Assembly: GCA_038256935.1 (NCBI GenBank) | Contig: JBBSJV010000002.1 | Coordinates: forward strand, 1-41,001 | Origin: Patescibacteria group bacterium | Lineage (GTDB): Bacteria > Patescibacteriota > JACMRA01 | Direction of reading: 5' to 3' | DNA length: 41,001 bases | Part shown: positions 16,745 to 25,999 of the stretch, in pieces | Numbering within the stretch: position 1 is the stretch's first letter | How the letters are laid out: each line of letters opens with the position of its first letter | Translations under genes and position numbers: made by a program | Notes under the pieces: model-generated | The model's database searches: none | Told to the model about the DNA's origin: nothing | Seen by the model: the letters and a program-made list of their open reading frames with translations, nothing else

Positions 16745-17689
16745 ATGGTTTCACCTTTTCGATATCGCAAGTCCCCCAAAGAAATAACAAAAGATTCTGA
16801 GAATAAAAGCTTTGCAGTGTACTCCAAACAATTTACAAGCCTCACTGACAAGTATCGACACATTATTTTTGCCTTTGTAATCTCATTGATTTCTTTATCG
16901 GTAATGCTTGTTTCTGCTTATCCCATAAGTACTCGGCAAGTTTTGTTTGGTTTTGGCTTTCAGATTGAGACAATTGTAAGATATATCTTTTTAGACCTTA
17001 ATTTGATCCTATTTGGAGCTATACTACTAGCCTATACCTTTTCCAAAAACAATATTACTCAAAAAATCTGGTATGGTTTAGTAGGTTTAGTTATCCAGTT
17101 TTCCCTGCTTGCTTACTTCTTTTCTATCGCTCAGGATTCATATTATGTAGTGGCCATTCCTGTCCTTACTATATTGATTTATAACGCTCATTATTACTTG
17201 CTAAGTAGGCAATACATGCCCTATTTTGAGATGTTGATATATGTGGTTCTATTTTCCCTGCAAGCTTTCTCCCTACAAGAATTTTTAGCCAACATTACAA
17301 TTGGAGACACTCAAATAAATCTAGATTTTCTACAAAGCCCTCTTTTATATCTTAATCTAACTTGGTTACTCATTGGTATCCTTGCAATCACGGTTCTGAC
17401 CCTTTATCATCTCAAACCAGTTAACTTTGATCAGGCTTCTACTTTTTTTGTCTTAATTTTTATAATATTTTTCCAAATCAGCTGGTTTTTGTATAATATT
17501 CGTTTTGATAACTTTATTTACTGGCAACAAATGATAGTCTTTGTAATCATCTGGGACTTTTTGTATATGCCGTTCAAAATGATCATGCACCGGATCAAAG
17601 ATGATAGGTACACAGCTAGATTCACAGTCTACAGTATTTATCATTTAATCTTGATGGTAATCGTACTTTTATCCCCATTATATTTATAA
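16745..17689 (+). CDS. polytopic integral membrane protein, function unknown
   Basis: 314-aa ORF with many hydrophobic helices and no recognised motif. Confidence 0.6.
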   Translation: MVSPFRYRKSPKEITKDSENKSFAVYSKQFTSLTDKYRHIIFAFVISLISLSVMLVSAYPISTRQVLFGFGFQIETIVRYIFLDLNLILFGAILLAYTFSKNNITQKIWYGLVGLVIQFSLLAYFFSIAQDSYYVVAIPVLTILIYNAHYYLLSRQYMPYFEMLIYVVLFSLQAFSLQEFLANITIGDTQINLDFLQSPLLYLNLTWLLIGILAITVLTLYHLKPVNFDQASTFFVLIFIIFFQISWFLYNIRFDNFIYWQQMIVFVIIWDFLYMPFKMIMHRIKDDRYTARFTVYSIYHLILMVIVLLSPLYL

Positions 17690-17691
17690 TT

Positions 17692-18561
17692 ATGCAATTA
17701 AAATTAATTTCTTGGAATGTAAATGGCATCAGAGCAGTAGCTAAAAAAGGGTTTTGGAGCAGTTTAGAAACTATGCAGCCTGACATTTGGTGCGTGCAGG
17801 AAACCAAATCTGATGGAGAAGTCATGGACAAACTATTTGCCAAATTTCACCCAAATAACAAGGACCAAAATGGTCTTTTTGAAACAGATAAGCTGCTAAT
17901 GCTCGAGGAAGAAAAATCATTTGGTATAGTCTGGCATTCAGCCACGATGAGAAAAGGTTATAGTGGAGTAGCTACTTTTTGGGAGAGTGAGAAAGCTAGT
18001 ATTGGTGATTATAAAATCGGAATAGATGATCCCATCTACGACGTTGAAGGAAGATTAGTTGAAACTGAAGTCATGGATCTGGATGGGAATAATTTATTTA
18101 CTTTAATTAATGCTTATTACCCACAAGGTGGTCGAGGTCCTGAGCGAATTGCCTACAAAATAGAGTTTTATAGAGAAGTCAAAAAACGAACTAAAGAGCT
18201 TAAAAAACTAGGTAAAAAAATAGTTCTTTGTGGAGATTTTAACACCACAGTAACAGATATTGACCTAGCTAGGCCCAAAGAAAATCGCAAGACTACAGGG
18301 TGCCTTCCTGAAGAAAGAGAAGCTTTGGATTGGTTTTTAAAAGATGGGTTTTTGGACTCTTTTAGACATTTTTACCCAGACATTCCTGATAGGTATTCAT
18401 ACTGGGATCAAATCACAAGAGCCAGAGAGCGAAATGTAGGCTGGAGAATAGACTATTTTTTGGTAGATAAGGACTTGGAAAACAATTTAAAATCAGCTGA
18501 TATTCACGATCAAATAATGGGAAGCGATCACTGCCCAGTCAGTATTGTGCTGGAATTTTAA
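17692..18561 (+). CDS. xth: exodeoxyribonuclease III / AP endonuclease
   Basis: ISWNVNGIRA, CVQETK, GDFN, and GSDHCPV at the C-terminus. Confidence 0.9.
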   Translation: MQLKLISWNVNGIRAVAKKGFWSSLETMQPDIWCVQETKSDGEVMDKLFAKFHPNNKDQNGLFETDKLLMLEEEKSFGIVWHSATMRKGYSGVATFWESEKASIGDYKIGIDDPIYDVEGRLVETEVMDLDGNNLFTLINAYYPQGGRGPERIAYKIEFYREVKKRTKELKKLGKKIVLCGDFNTTVTDIDLARPKENRKTTGCLPEEREALDWFLKDGFLDSFRHFYPDIPDRYSYWDQITRARERNVGWRIDYFLVDKDLENNLKSADIHDQIMGSDHCPVSIVLEF

Positions 18562-18571
18562 ATAAATTTTT

Positions 18572-19858
18572 ATGAAGCAACCTTTTGTAGAATTAAATGA
18601 ATTAAAATCCAGAATACAAAAACTACAAGCAAAGTTAGGTGATGGTGAAGTAGTAATATTTTTTTCAAATACTGAGCAATATCGAAACCATGACAGTACT
18701 TACCCATTTCGCCAGCACAGTGACTTTTGGTATTTTACAGGGATAAATGAAGCTGAAAGTGTATTAGTTATTTCTAAATCTTCTCAAATACTTTTTATCC
18801 AAGAAAAAGAGCCAACCAAAGAAATCTGGACAGGTATTAGAAATGGGATTGATAAAACAATGGAAATTTCTGGGATAAATTTTGTGCAGTTAAATACTGA
18901 ATTTGAAAAGTTTTTACAAAAAGAACTTGGTAAATTAAAAAAGGTTTTTGTTTCTTGTGAAAATGACTTTAACCAGCACTATTTGATACTGCAAGATTTT
19001 GTTGATGAGCAAAATATAGAAACTGAGGATACCAAATATTTGATCGGTGATCTTCGGATGATAAAATCAGATTGGGAAATAGAACAGATGAAAATCGCGG
19101 CTCAATATAACGTCAAAGCTCATAAACATATTTTAGAAAACATTTTACCTAAGATTAAAAATGGAGAGTTGTCGGCCACTGAAATTACTTTAGAATATGA
19201 GATATTTTATCAATACAATAAGCAGGGATTGACTTGGGCTTATTATCCAATTGTAGCTTCAGGGAATAATGCTTGCACATTACACTACGAAAAAAACAGT
19301 GATGACTTTAACCTTTCTGAGCAGATTTTAATTGATGCAGGGTGCGAGTATAATTATTACTCCAGTGATGTTACTAGGACTTATTTTGTAGATGGTTTAG
19401 CTACCGCGCAAAGAGAGATTTATGATTTAGTTAAAAGGACATGTCTTACTGTGTATTCAGAGCTTGAAAATAACTTTAGCCGTTATAATTTATACGAAAA
19501 CGAACAATTAATAATCAAAACTCTATCACAAGGCCTAATTGATTTGGGTTTGCTAGAAGGTAGTTTAGAGCAGGTGCTTGAGACCAAAAGTTATCGCAAA
19601 TACTATATGCATATGGGCCACTACTTAGGCCTTGATACCCATGATAATTCCCAAGTTAGAAGAAAAGATGATAAAGAACAATTTGTAAATTTCAAACCTG
19701 GTAATGTATTTACGGTAGAGCCTGCTCTGTATTTTAATCTAAACAACGAATCAGTTCCAAAGCAGTACCGCGGTATTGGCATCAGGCTAGAAGATAATGT
19801 GGTGATAAATAGTCAAGGGCAGGTGGAGATAATTACTTCAGAATTACCATTTTATTAA
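18572..19858 (+). CDS. pepP: Xaa-Pro aminopeptidase (M24B)
   Basis: IVASGNNACTLHY, DAGCEYNYYSSDVTRT, HYLGLDTHD, VFTVEP, IRLED. Confidence 0.9.
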   Translation: MKQPFVELNELKSRIQKLQAKLGDGEVVIFFSNTEQYRNHDSTYPFRQHSDFWYFTGINEAESVLVISKSSQILFIQEKEPTKEIWTGIRNGIDKTMEISGINFVQLNTEFEKFLQKELGKLKKVFVSCENDFNQHYLILQDFVDEQNIETEDTKYLIGDLRMIKSDWEIEQMKIAAQYNVKAHKHILENILPKIKNGELSATEITLEYEIFYQYNKQGLTWAYYPIVASGNNACTLHYEKNSDDFNLSEQILIDAGCEYNYYSSDVTRTYFVDGLATAQREIYDLVKRTCLTVYSELENNFSRYNLYENEQLIIKTLSQGLIDLGLLEGSLEQVLETKSYRKYYMHMGHYLGLDTHDNSQVRRKDDKEQFVNFKPGNVFTVEPALYFNLNNESVPKQYRGIGIRLEDNVVINSQGQVEIITSELPFY

Positions 19859-19864
19859 ACGTCT

Positions 19865-20311
19865 ATGAACAAAACCATTAATGCTTTGAAAACGACAGAT
19901 CAAATTTTAGAATTTTACCCGGTCCTGACTCAACTCTTTGATTATGTCATTAAGGAATCAATCCAAGAATCATTCTCTGATTTGCTCTCAAAAGGTATTA
20001 AATTTGTAGGTTTGTATGTTGATGATAAGCCAATTGGTTTTATGCAGTATCAAGTGGCAAATAACTTAGAAAATTATAAGTATTTAGTTTTGGATGAATT
20101 AGTGATTGATAGCGAGTATCGAGGGCAGGGCTTTGGTACTAAACTTTTAGAGTATTTAGAAAATCAAGCAAAAGTTTTAAATCTAAGTGGAATTCGACTT
20201 CTAAGTGGAGTAAAAAGAGAAAAGGCTCATGAGTTTTATATCAAAAATGGTTATGAGTTTAAGTCCAAATGGTTTGCTAAGAAAATTGCAAAGCCAGACT
20301 CTAATACATGA
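19865..20311 (+). CDS. GNAT family N-acetyltransferase
   Basis: Acetyl-CoA binding motif YRGQGFGTKLLEYLENQA. Confidence 0.85.
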   Translation: MNKTINALKTTDQILEFYPVLTQLFDYVIKESIQESFSDLLSKGIKFVGLYVDDKPIGFMQYQVANNLENYKYLVLDELVIDSEYRGQGFGTKLLEYLENQAKVLNLSGIRLLSGVKREKAHEFYIKNGYEFKSKWFAKKIAKPDSNT

Positions 20312-20398
20312 TAACTGTTTATGAGAAAACTTCGTTTCTAATCTTGATTTAATTTTTTCTGAAGGGATTTTTCTAAAACTTTCATGTTTATTTTGAAC

Positions 20399-20677
20399 TC
20401 AGTATGTTAAGTCCATATCGTATTCCTTTGCTAAAACTAAAATTGAACAGAGACAATCTGATAATTCATGGCTAATTGCTGCATCCAAATCTAAATCAGA
20501 ATTAACTCTTCTAAGTTTATTCTTTGCCATAATTAATTTTGATAAGTCACCAACGTCACCGGCAAATCCTAGCATATACTCACTACTTCCCCAAACTTTA
20601 TGACCATCTACTTGATTTAATTTATCGTAGAGATGTTTGTTTTTTAGAGCCAGATCTTGAAGTTTCTTTAAATCCAT
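20399..20677 (-). CDS. small MazG-like nucleotide pyrophosphohydrolase domain protein
   Basis: 92 aa and helical. FAGDVGDLSKLI...ELSDCLCSILVLAKEYDMDL resembles single-domain MazG/dCTPase-like proteins. Confidence 0.5.
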   Translation of the reverse strand: MDLKKLQDLALKNKHLYDKLNQVDGHKVWGSSEYMLGFAGDVGDLSKLIMAKNKLRRVNSDLDLDAAISHELSDCLCSILVLAKEYDMDLTY

Positions 20678-20698
20678 AGATAAATAATTGATGATTAT

Positions 20699-21292
20699 TT
20701 AACCACGCCCCAAAACTCTAAGACCATTTCGAACTGTTTCTACGATGTCATTTTCTTGCCACATATTGTCTTTTTTTAATGTAGTGATAGCTGCCACAAT
20801 TTCTCCTCGTTTATAGCCAAGACCTGACAAAGTATCTGCAAATTCGATTGCAAAGTTATCGTTAGGAAGCTTTTTAGAAGTCAGCATTGCAAGGTCTACT
20901 GAAGTGTCTTTTAGTTCCACTATGATTTTTTTGGCAGTTTTAGCCCCCAATCCTTTGACTTTGTCTGAAAAATTCTTGCTATCAGCATTTTGAATGGACT
21001 GGATAATCTCATCAATATGCATGTTGTGAACAATATTTGCTGCCATTTTGGGGCCAATTCCAGAAACTTTAAGTAATCTTTCGGCCCAGCTTCTTTGGTC
21101 AATATTATCAAATCCGTAAAGCTCACTACTACTATCTCTAGTTACTTCTAAGAGCAATATATCTACATTTTCATTGACCATGTAGTTTTTATTTGGGGAA
21201 ACTATTATACCATAGCCTAAACCTGAAGGGGCTTTGACGATAATCCAACCTGGTTTTGTGATGACTACTTTTCCACTGATGTAAGCGAGCAT
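20699..21292 (-). CDS. ruvA: Holliday junction branch migration protein RuvA
   Basis: MLAYISGKVV start, LYGF, HhH motifs (VSGIGPKMA, GLGAKTAKKI), and C-terminal domain III. The internal ATG at 21292 is used because it avoids overlap with the upstream gene. Confidence 0.85.
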   Translation of the reverse strand: MLAYISGKVVITKPGWIIVKAPSGLGYGIIVSPNKNYMVNENVDILLLEVTRDSSSELYGFDNIDQRSWAERLLKVSGIGPKMAANIVHNMHIDEIIQSIQNADSKNFSDKVKGLGAKTAKKIIVELKDTSVDLAMLTSKKLPNDNFAIEFADTLSGLGYKRGEIVAAITTLKKDNMWQENDIVETVRNGLRVLGRG

Positions 21293-21311
21293 AATAATGT
21301 ATTTTTTTAAT

Positions 21312-22130
21312 TTAAGATATAGCAATTAATCTGTCCCTTGCAAAATCTTTCTCCTTGCCTTCACTGTTTTTTAAAATCATGTTGTAGATTTCTGTAGCCT
21401 TGCTGTACTCTTCGTATTTTTCATAAAGCTCTCCCAGCTGCAACCAAATATCGAAGTGTTTAAGACCAACTTCTTTTAACCTATTAAGTAACTTAGTTTC
21501 TAATTTTTCAAACAAAATCTTTTGTTCAGGGTCATCCAGAGTAGGCTTTTTAGGGGCCACTTTAGCATTGGTGTGAAAAGTTGTGCCGTGGTGCTCTGAT
21601 TCGGTTTGGCTAATAACTTTTTCTACTAAATCATTAATTTGCTCTTGTTTCAAACGATCAACCTCATCTTCGAAATCAGCGGTATCAGCATTTGCTGGGA
21701 TAATTTCTGTAGTAGGCTGTTTTTCTTCCTCGTGATCATGATGGACTGGAAGAAGTAAAGAGATGGCATTTTCCCAAAGACGCTTGATTTGTGGCCAAAA
21801 CTGGTATCTTAGATTGGTAAAAAAGATTTTTAGATTTTGTAGCCAGCTTCCACCGCTACTGGTCATCATGCCCATGACTCTGCGAGTTTCAGCGTGAATT
21901 GGCTGTAGAGATTTAGTAGCTTTAGAGATGTTTTCACCCATGTCCCTGCTTGTGAATCCACGGTCAGCGTAAGTTTTTTGCATCACATCAGTGGTGGTGC
22001 GAGGCTGTATTTTGCGTGTCAAATCTTCAATTTTGCGATTCTCGTAAAGATAAAAAGCATAGTGCAAACACATCACGGCTATGGTGGCAAATGTAAGCAG
22101 AGTAAAAAAACTAACCGCAAGGGTAATCAT
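21312..22130 (-). CDS. membrane-anchored hypothetical protein with a C-terminal TPR-like helix pair
   Basis: N-terminal TM helix, acidic middle region, and WLQLGELYEKYEEYSKATEIYNMIL at the C-terminus. Confidence 0.6.
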   Translation of the reverse strand: MITLAVSFFTLLTFATIAVMCLHYAFYLYENRKIEDLTRKIQPRTTTDVMQKTYADRGFTSRDMGENISKATKSLQPIHAETRRVMGMMTSSGGSWLQNLKIFFTNLRYQFWPQIKRLWENAISLLLPVHHDHEEEKQPTTEIIPANADTADFEDEVDRLKQEQINDLVEKVISQTESEHHGTTFHTNAKVAPKKPTLDDPEQKILFEKLETKLLNRLKEVGLKHFDIWLQLGELYEKYEEYSKATEIYNMILKNSEGKEKDFARDRLIAIS

Positions 22131-22159
22131 AGATAAGTTGTGGATTGAATAACAAAATT

Positions 22160-22310
22160 GGTCAAGAGCCCCACGGCGACTGAGAGAAAGGCGGGTATGA
22201 AATACCAGCTAGAACAGGGCAAACTTGTTTTGCCCGATAAGGCCATGCGGCAAGCCAGGGTGCCAGTTTCTGAAAGAAACGAAACGAAGTGGCCCGACTT
22301 GATTAAGGCC
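22160..22310 (-). repeat. GC-rich element, copy C3 (extended variant), upstream of the TM/TPR gene
   Basis: The reverse complement of 22256-22310 matches the C1/C2 core (ATCAAGTCGGGCCACTTCGTTTCGTTTCTTTCAGAAACTGGCACCCTG). It then continues with extra stems (GGGCAAA/TTTGCCC at 22217-22235, GGTAT/ATACC) and TTGACC at 22160-22165. Confidence 0.7.
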
Positions 22311-22344
22311 ATTGGTTTAGGCTAGTCACACTGATAAACCCTAA

Positions 22345-22372
22345 AACAAATAAAAATCCCCCACAGGGGGGG
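22345..22372 (-). terminator. rho-independent terminator of the YggT-like gene
   Basis: The minus strand reads CCCCCCTGTGGGGG followed by ATTTTTATTTGTTTT. Confidence 0.65.
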
Positions 22373-22398
22373 TAAAATATAAGATTTAGTAATTTAAT

Positions 22399-22827
22399 TT
22401 AAGCAGCTGGTTGTTTATCAGCAATTATCTTGATAAGAGTAACGACTCCCCAAGCTAAGAGAGTGTAGATAACAATGGCAACTAAGGCTGCTGTATCAAA
22501 ATAAGTGGTGCCTTCACTAGGAGCTGGAAAAATTCCAAAAAATGGCATAGCAAAAATATTGGTTACGTTGTATAAAAATCTACTAAAACCACTTAATTGA
22601 GCATTAAATAATAAAAAGATAATTCTAAGAAGTAAAATAACGTTAATAAAACCAACTAAAAACCAGACTAGTTGAATAACTTTATCGATGCTATCATTTC
22701 TTTGAGTTGTAGCGCTTGCAGGAGCTTGATCAACATAAGCTTGGCCAGTAGGGTTTACTTGAGGATTTTGAGGAACCTGATTTACTGGGTTCATATTTGG
22801 ATTTGGATTGTTTGGGTTTTGTTGCAT
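22399..22827 (-). CDS. YggT-family membrane protein with a Pro/Asn/Gln-rich N-terminus
   Basis: LLLRIIFLLFNA...YNVTNIFAMPFFGIFP...FDTAALVAIV resembles the YggT repeat. Confidence 0.5.
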   Translation of the reverse strand: MQQNPNNPNPNMNPVNQVPQNPQVNPTGQAYVDQAPASATTQRNDSIDKVIQLVWFLVGFINVILLLRIIFLLFNAQLSGFSRFLYNVTNIFAMPFFGIFPAPSEGTTYFDTAALVAIVIYTLLAWGVVTLIKIIADKQPAA

Positions 22828-22929
22828 AAAAATATTTAGTACCCTACAGCTTGAATTATATATCTGGTTATGTCAATGAATATTTCCTTAAAACACAGCG
22901 TTAGTTCGCAATTAAAAAATAATCCTAGC

Positions 22930-24312
22930 TTATTCATTGACCCTTCTACTTAGCCTTGCGCCATCTAGATTCTCAAAACTGGTTAGGTGCTGGATCCAAG
23001 CTAGTTCAACACTTCCGATCTGACCGTTTCTGTGTTTGGAAATCAAAATATCAGCAATTCCTCGCTTTTTGGTTTCTTTGTGATAGACTTCTTCTCTATG
23101 TACAAACATTACCACATCGGCATCTTGCTCAATGGATCCTGACTCTCTAAGATCAGACAGCATTGGACGTTTATCGTCTCTACTCTCCACACTTCTAGAT
23201 AGCTGTGAAAGTGCTATGACAGGTACATTTAGCTCTTTAGCAAGTAGCTTTAAACCTCTAGAAATTTCTGAAACTTCTTGAACGCGGTTACCATTATTGC
23301 GACTGTTTCCAGAAGTCATTAATTGCAAGTAATCGATAATAACTACTCCAATATTATGCTTCATCTTAAGCCTTCTGGCTTTGCTTCTAAGTTCCAAAAT
23401 ATTTAAACCTCCATTATCATCAATCCAAATTGGGGCTTCACTCAATGTACTTATGGCTCCGCCAAGTTTTTCAAATTCTTGTTGTTCATTACTGCCTCCA
23501 AATTTACCTGAGCGGATTTTGTATAGATCTATTCCTGAAGTTGAAGCCAGCATTCTATCAACTAATTGATCTTTACTCATTTCCAGACTAAAAAAGGCTA
23601 CTCCAGTTTTACCAGTCAGGGCTATTCTTTTGGTCAGCTCCAAGGCAAAAGAGGTCTTACCCATAGCAGGACGGGAAGCAATGATAATCAAATCAGATTT
23701 GTGAAAACCTCCTAATAATCTATCAATATCTGTAAAACCAGTGGCTGTTCCTCTAAGCTCGCTAGGATTAGCATGTAGATCACTAATACGCTCAAAGGTG
23801 CTTCCTAAAATTTCTTGAATCGAGACAAAGGTCTTATCGATACTTTGCATGCTGATCTGAAATAGCTTTTGTTGGGCACCGTCCAAAATATCATCAGGTG
23901 GTAAGGGGCTCGATAAAGCCTGTGTTTTCATGTCGTCAGCGGTTGTGACAATGGTGCGAAGAAGGTATTTGTCCTTAATAATTCTAGCTAGCTCGCCGGG
24001 GCTACTTGAGAAGGTGCTTTTAGCCGTTAATTCTAGAAGCGTCTCTTGATCTACGATGAAGCCTTCACTTAATTTTTTTTGGTATCTTTCTTGTTTTATC
24101 TCTTGCAGCACAAGTATCACATCAATTGGCTTGCGAGCGGCCCACATATCTAACATGCAGTTAAACAAGACTTGGTGCAATGGAAAGTAGAAAAATTCAG
24201 GCCTTAAGGAATCAGCAGTTTCATCAAGTACTTGATTGTTCAGTAAAATAGAGCCCAAAAAGGCTTGTTCTACATCGATATCATGAGGAGGTAGCGCAGA
24301 ATTTAGATCCAT
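22930..24312 (-). CDS. dnaB: replicative DNA helicase DnaB
   Basis: N-terminal DnaB domain (PPHDIDVEQAFLGSIL), Walker A ASRPAMGKTSFAL, IIDYLQLM, SQLSR, DADVVMF. Confidence 0.95.
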   Translation of the reverse strand: MDLNSALPPHDIDVEQAFLGSILLNNQVLDETADSLRPEFFYFPLHQVLFNCMLDMWAARKPIDVILVLQEIKQERYQKKLSEGFIVDQETLLELTAKSTFSSSPGELARIIKDKYLLRTIVTTADDMKTQALSSPLPPDDILDGAQQKLFQISMQSIDKTFVSIQEILGSTFERISDLHANPSELRGTATGFTDIDRLLGGFHKSDLIIIASRPAMGKTSFALELTKRIALTGKTGVAFFSLEMSKDQLVDRMLASTSGIDLYKIRSGKFGGSNEQQEFEKLGGAISTLSEAPIWIDDNGGLNILELRSKARRLKMKHNIGVVIIDYLQLMTSGNSRNNGNRVQEVSEISRGLKLLAKELNVPVIALSQLSRSVESRDDKRPMLSDLRESGSIEQDADVVMFVHREEVYHKETKKRGIADILISKHRNGQIGSVELAWIQHLTSFENLDGARLSRRVNE

Positions 24313-24548
24313 ACTCTAGCTATAACTAATTTTTTGCTTTGGACAAGTTGCAAATCTTAATAAGCCCTAGATAAGTTGCAATTTATCCTACACGATAAAC
24401 CGATTCTAAAGCCTTTGTAGAAAGTAAATATAGGCTAATGAGTTATCATTAAGTAGCTTCCAATAGTGAATAAATGCTTACTTGCTGTAGTTGAGAGTAG
24501 TGATAATATGAGATATAATTGTAGATAGACAAAAAAACAAACAAAAAT

Positions 24549-25991
24549 ATGACTCACAAAAATAAAACTCAACAGAGGCTAGTTTCTGCTGCAATGCTAG
24601 CAGGACTTGGAGTAGCCGCAGTAGCTGGTTTTAACCATCTGAATCCTACAGAAAACACTAATAAATCGGATGTATTTGGTGCCCAAGAAGGAGATGGTCA
24701 ATATTGTTATCTTTTAGCTGATATTCACGAAAAAGGCGGTGATGAGATGATCGAAGACATTATTACCAAATATGATTTTAAAACAGGTAAAGAAACCCAC
24801 CTTTCAGGTGACCAAATGCAATTTATTGGTACCAAAAATGCTGAGGCTTTGGAATATGACTACGAAAACGAAAAACTGTATGTAGTCGAGCAAAGTAAGC
24901 TTTGGACTGTGGATTTGGAAACAGGTAAGGGGACAGCTAAAGATAATAAATTTGGCTGGATACAAGGTGAATACGGTCCATTAGAAGCCAAAAAAATTAA
25001 TAGCCTTGCTAAAAACCCAGATACAGGTGATTTCTTTGCCGTTAATCGAGACACGCAAAGATTTGATCAATTATTTGTAGTGGACGTGGAAACAGGAAAA
25101 GCTGTAAAAAACTTTTTCGGTGAAGGAAAAGACTATATACCAGTAGAAGAGCCTGATAAATATAGAGAAATTGATGATCTAGCCTTTGATCTAGTCACTA
25201 ACGAACTATACGGATTATCAGGAGTTCACGGAAGAGAAGGAATTTCAACTGACATTGTCAGAATTAATATGGAAACAGGAAAAACTACCATACTTGGAAA
25301 CACTGATTTGTTAGACGTTGAAGGTTTGTCATTTAATCCAGAAGGCAAATTGTATGTTAGCACTGGTAACTGGGGAGAGCCCAAAGATCATCTGTATGAA
25401 GTAAACACTCTTACTGGTGAAGCAATTAAAGATACAGCTATTAGTTTACCACTGGCATCAGACTATGAAGGTTTGGACTGTCTTATTTCGAAGCCAATTG
25501 TTTCCTCTTCTAGTTCTGAATCCAGTGAATCTAGCGAGTTCAGTGAAACTAGCTCTAGCTCAAGCACTCAAAGTAGCAGTGAAAGTGAAATTAGTTCATC
25601 AAGCTCAGAATCATCATCATCTTCTAGCTCAGACCCTATTTCCTCATCTAGTAGCAGTAGTTTAGAGTCTTCTCAGAGTAGTGTTTCTCAGTCGCAATCA
25701 TCTAGTTCTCAGATTATATCCTCTACATCACTTTCATCTAGTCTTAGCTCAAGCTTGGCACCGATAGTTGATGGAGACGAGGATGTAGTTAGTTCATCCC
25801 AGAGCCTCACAATCCAAAGTCAATCTAGACCCGCCGGTCAAGTATTAGGCGATGAGTCTTCACTAGTTCGCTCAGGTGGAGGTATAGCTTTAGCTGGATT
25901 TGGAGTCTTTACACTGCTTTCAGTATATGGATTAAAACTTAGAAAAGCCCTAAGAAAAATCAAAAATGATACCCAAAACCTAAAAGGTTAA
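24549..25991 (+). CDS. cell-surface protein: signal peptide, beta-propeller-like repeats, Ser-rich stalk, C-terminal TM anchor
   Basis: Repeated xVDxETGK motifs (VDLETGKGT, VDVETGKAV, INMETGKTT, VNTLTGEAI). A Ser-rich tract of roughly 100 aa. C-terminal LVRSGG plus hydrophobic helix plus KLRKALRK. Confidence 0.75.
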   Translation: MTHKNKTQQRLVSAAMLAGLGVAAVAGFNHLNPTENTNKSDVFGAQEGDGQYCYLLADIHEKGGDEMIEDIITKYDFKTGKETHLSGDQMQFIGTKNAEALEYDYENEKLYVVEQSKLWTVDLETGKGTAKDNKFGWIQGEYGPLEAKKINSLAKNPDTGDFFAVNRDTQRFDQLFVVDVETGKAVKNFFGEGKDYIPVEEPDKYREIDDLAFDLVTNELYGLSGVHGREGISTDIVRINMETGKTTILGNTDLLDVEGLSFNPEGKLYVSTGNWGEPKDHLYEVNTLTGEAIKDTAISLPLASDYEGLDCLISKPIVSSSSSESSESSEFSETSSSSSTQSSSESEISSSSSESSSSSSSDPISSSSSSSLESSQSSVSQSQSSSSQIISSTSLSSSLSSSLAPIVDGDEDVVSSSQSLTIQSQSRPAGQVLGDESSLVRSGGGIALAGFGVFTLLSVYGLKLRKALRKIKNDTQNLKG

Positions 25992-25999
25992 TTCAAAAT

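Noticed and set aside
21293-21325. Longer RuvA start (MLYLKLKKYII-), overlapping the upstream gene by 14 nt.
   Set aside because: RuvA homologs begin at the M(I/L)xxxxG motif, here MLAYISGKV at 21292. The extension is AT-rich, is not conserved-looking, and would create an unnecessary overlap.
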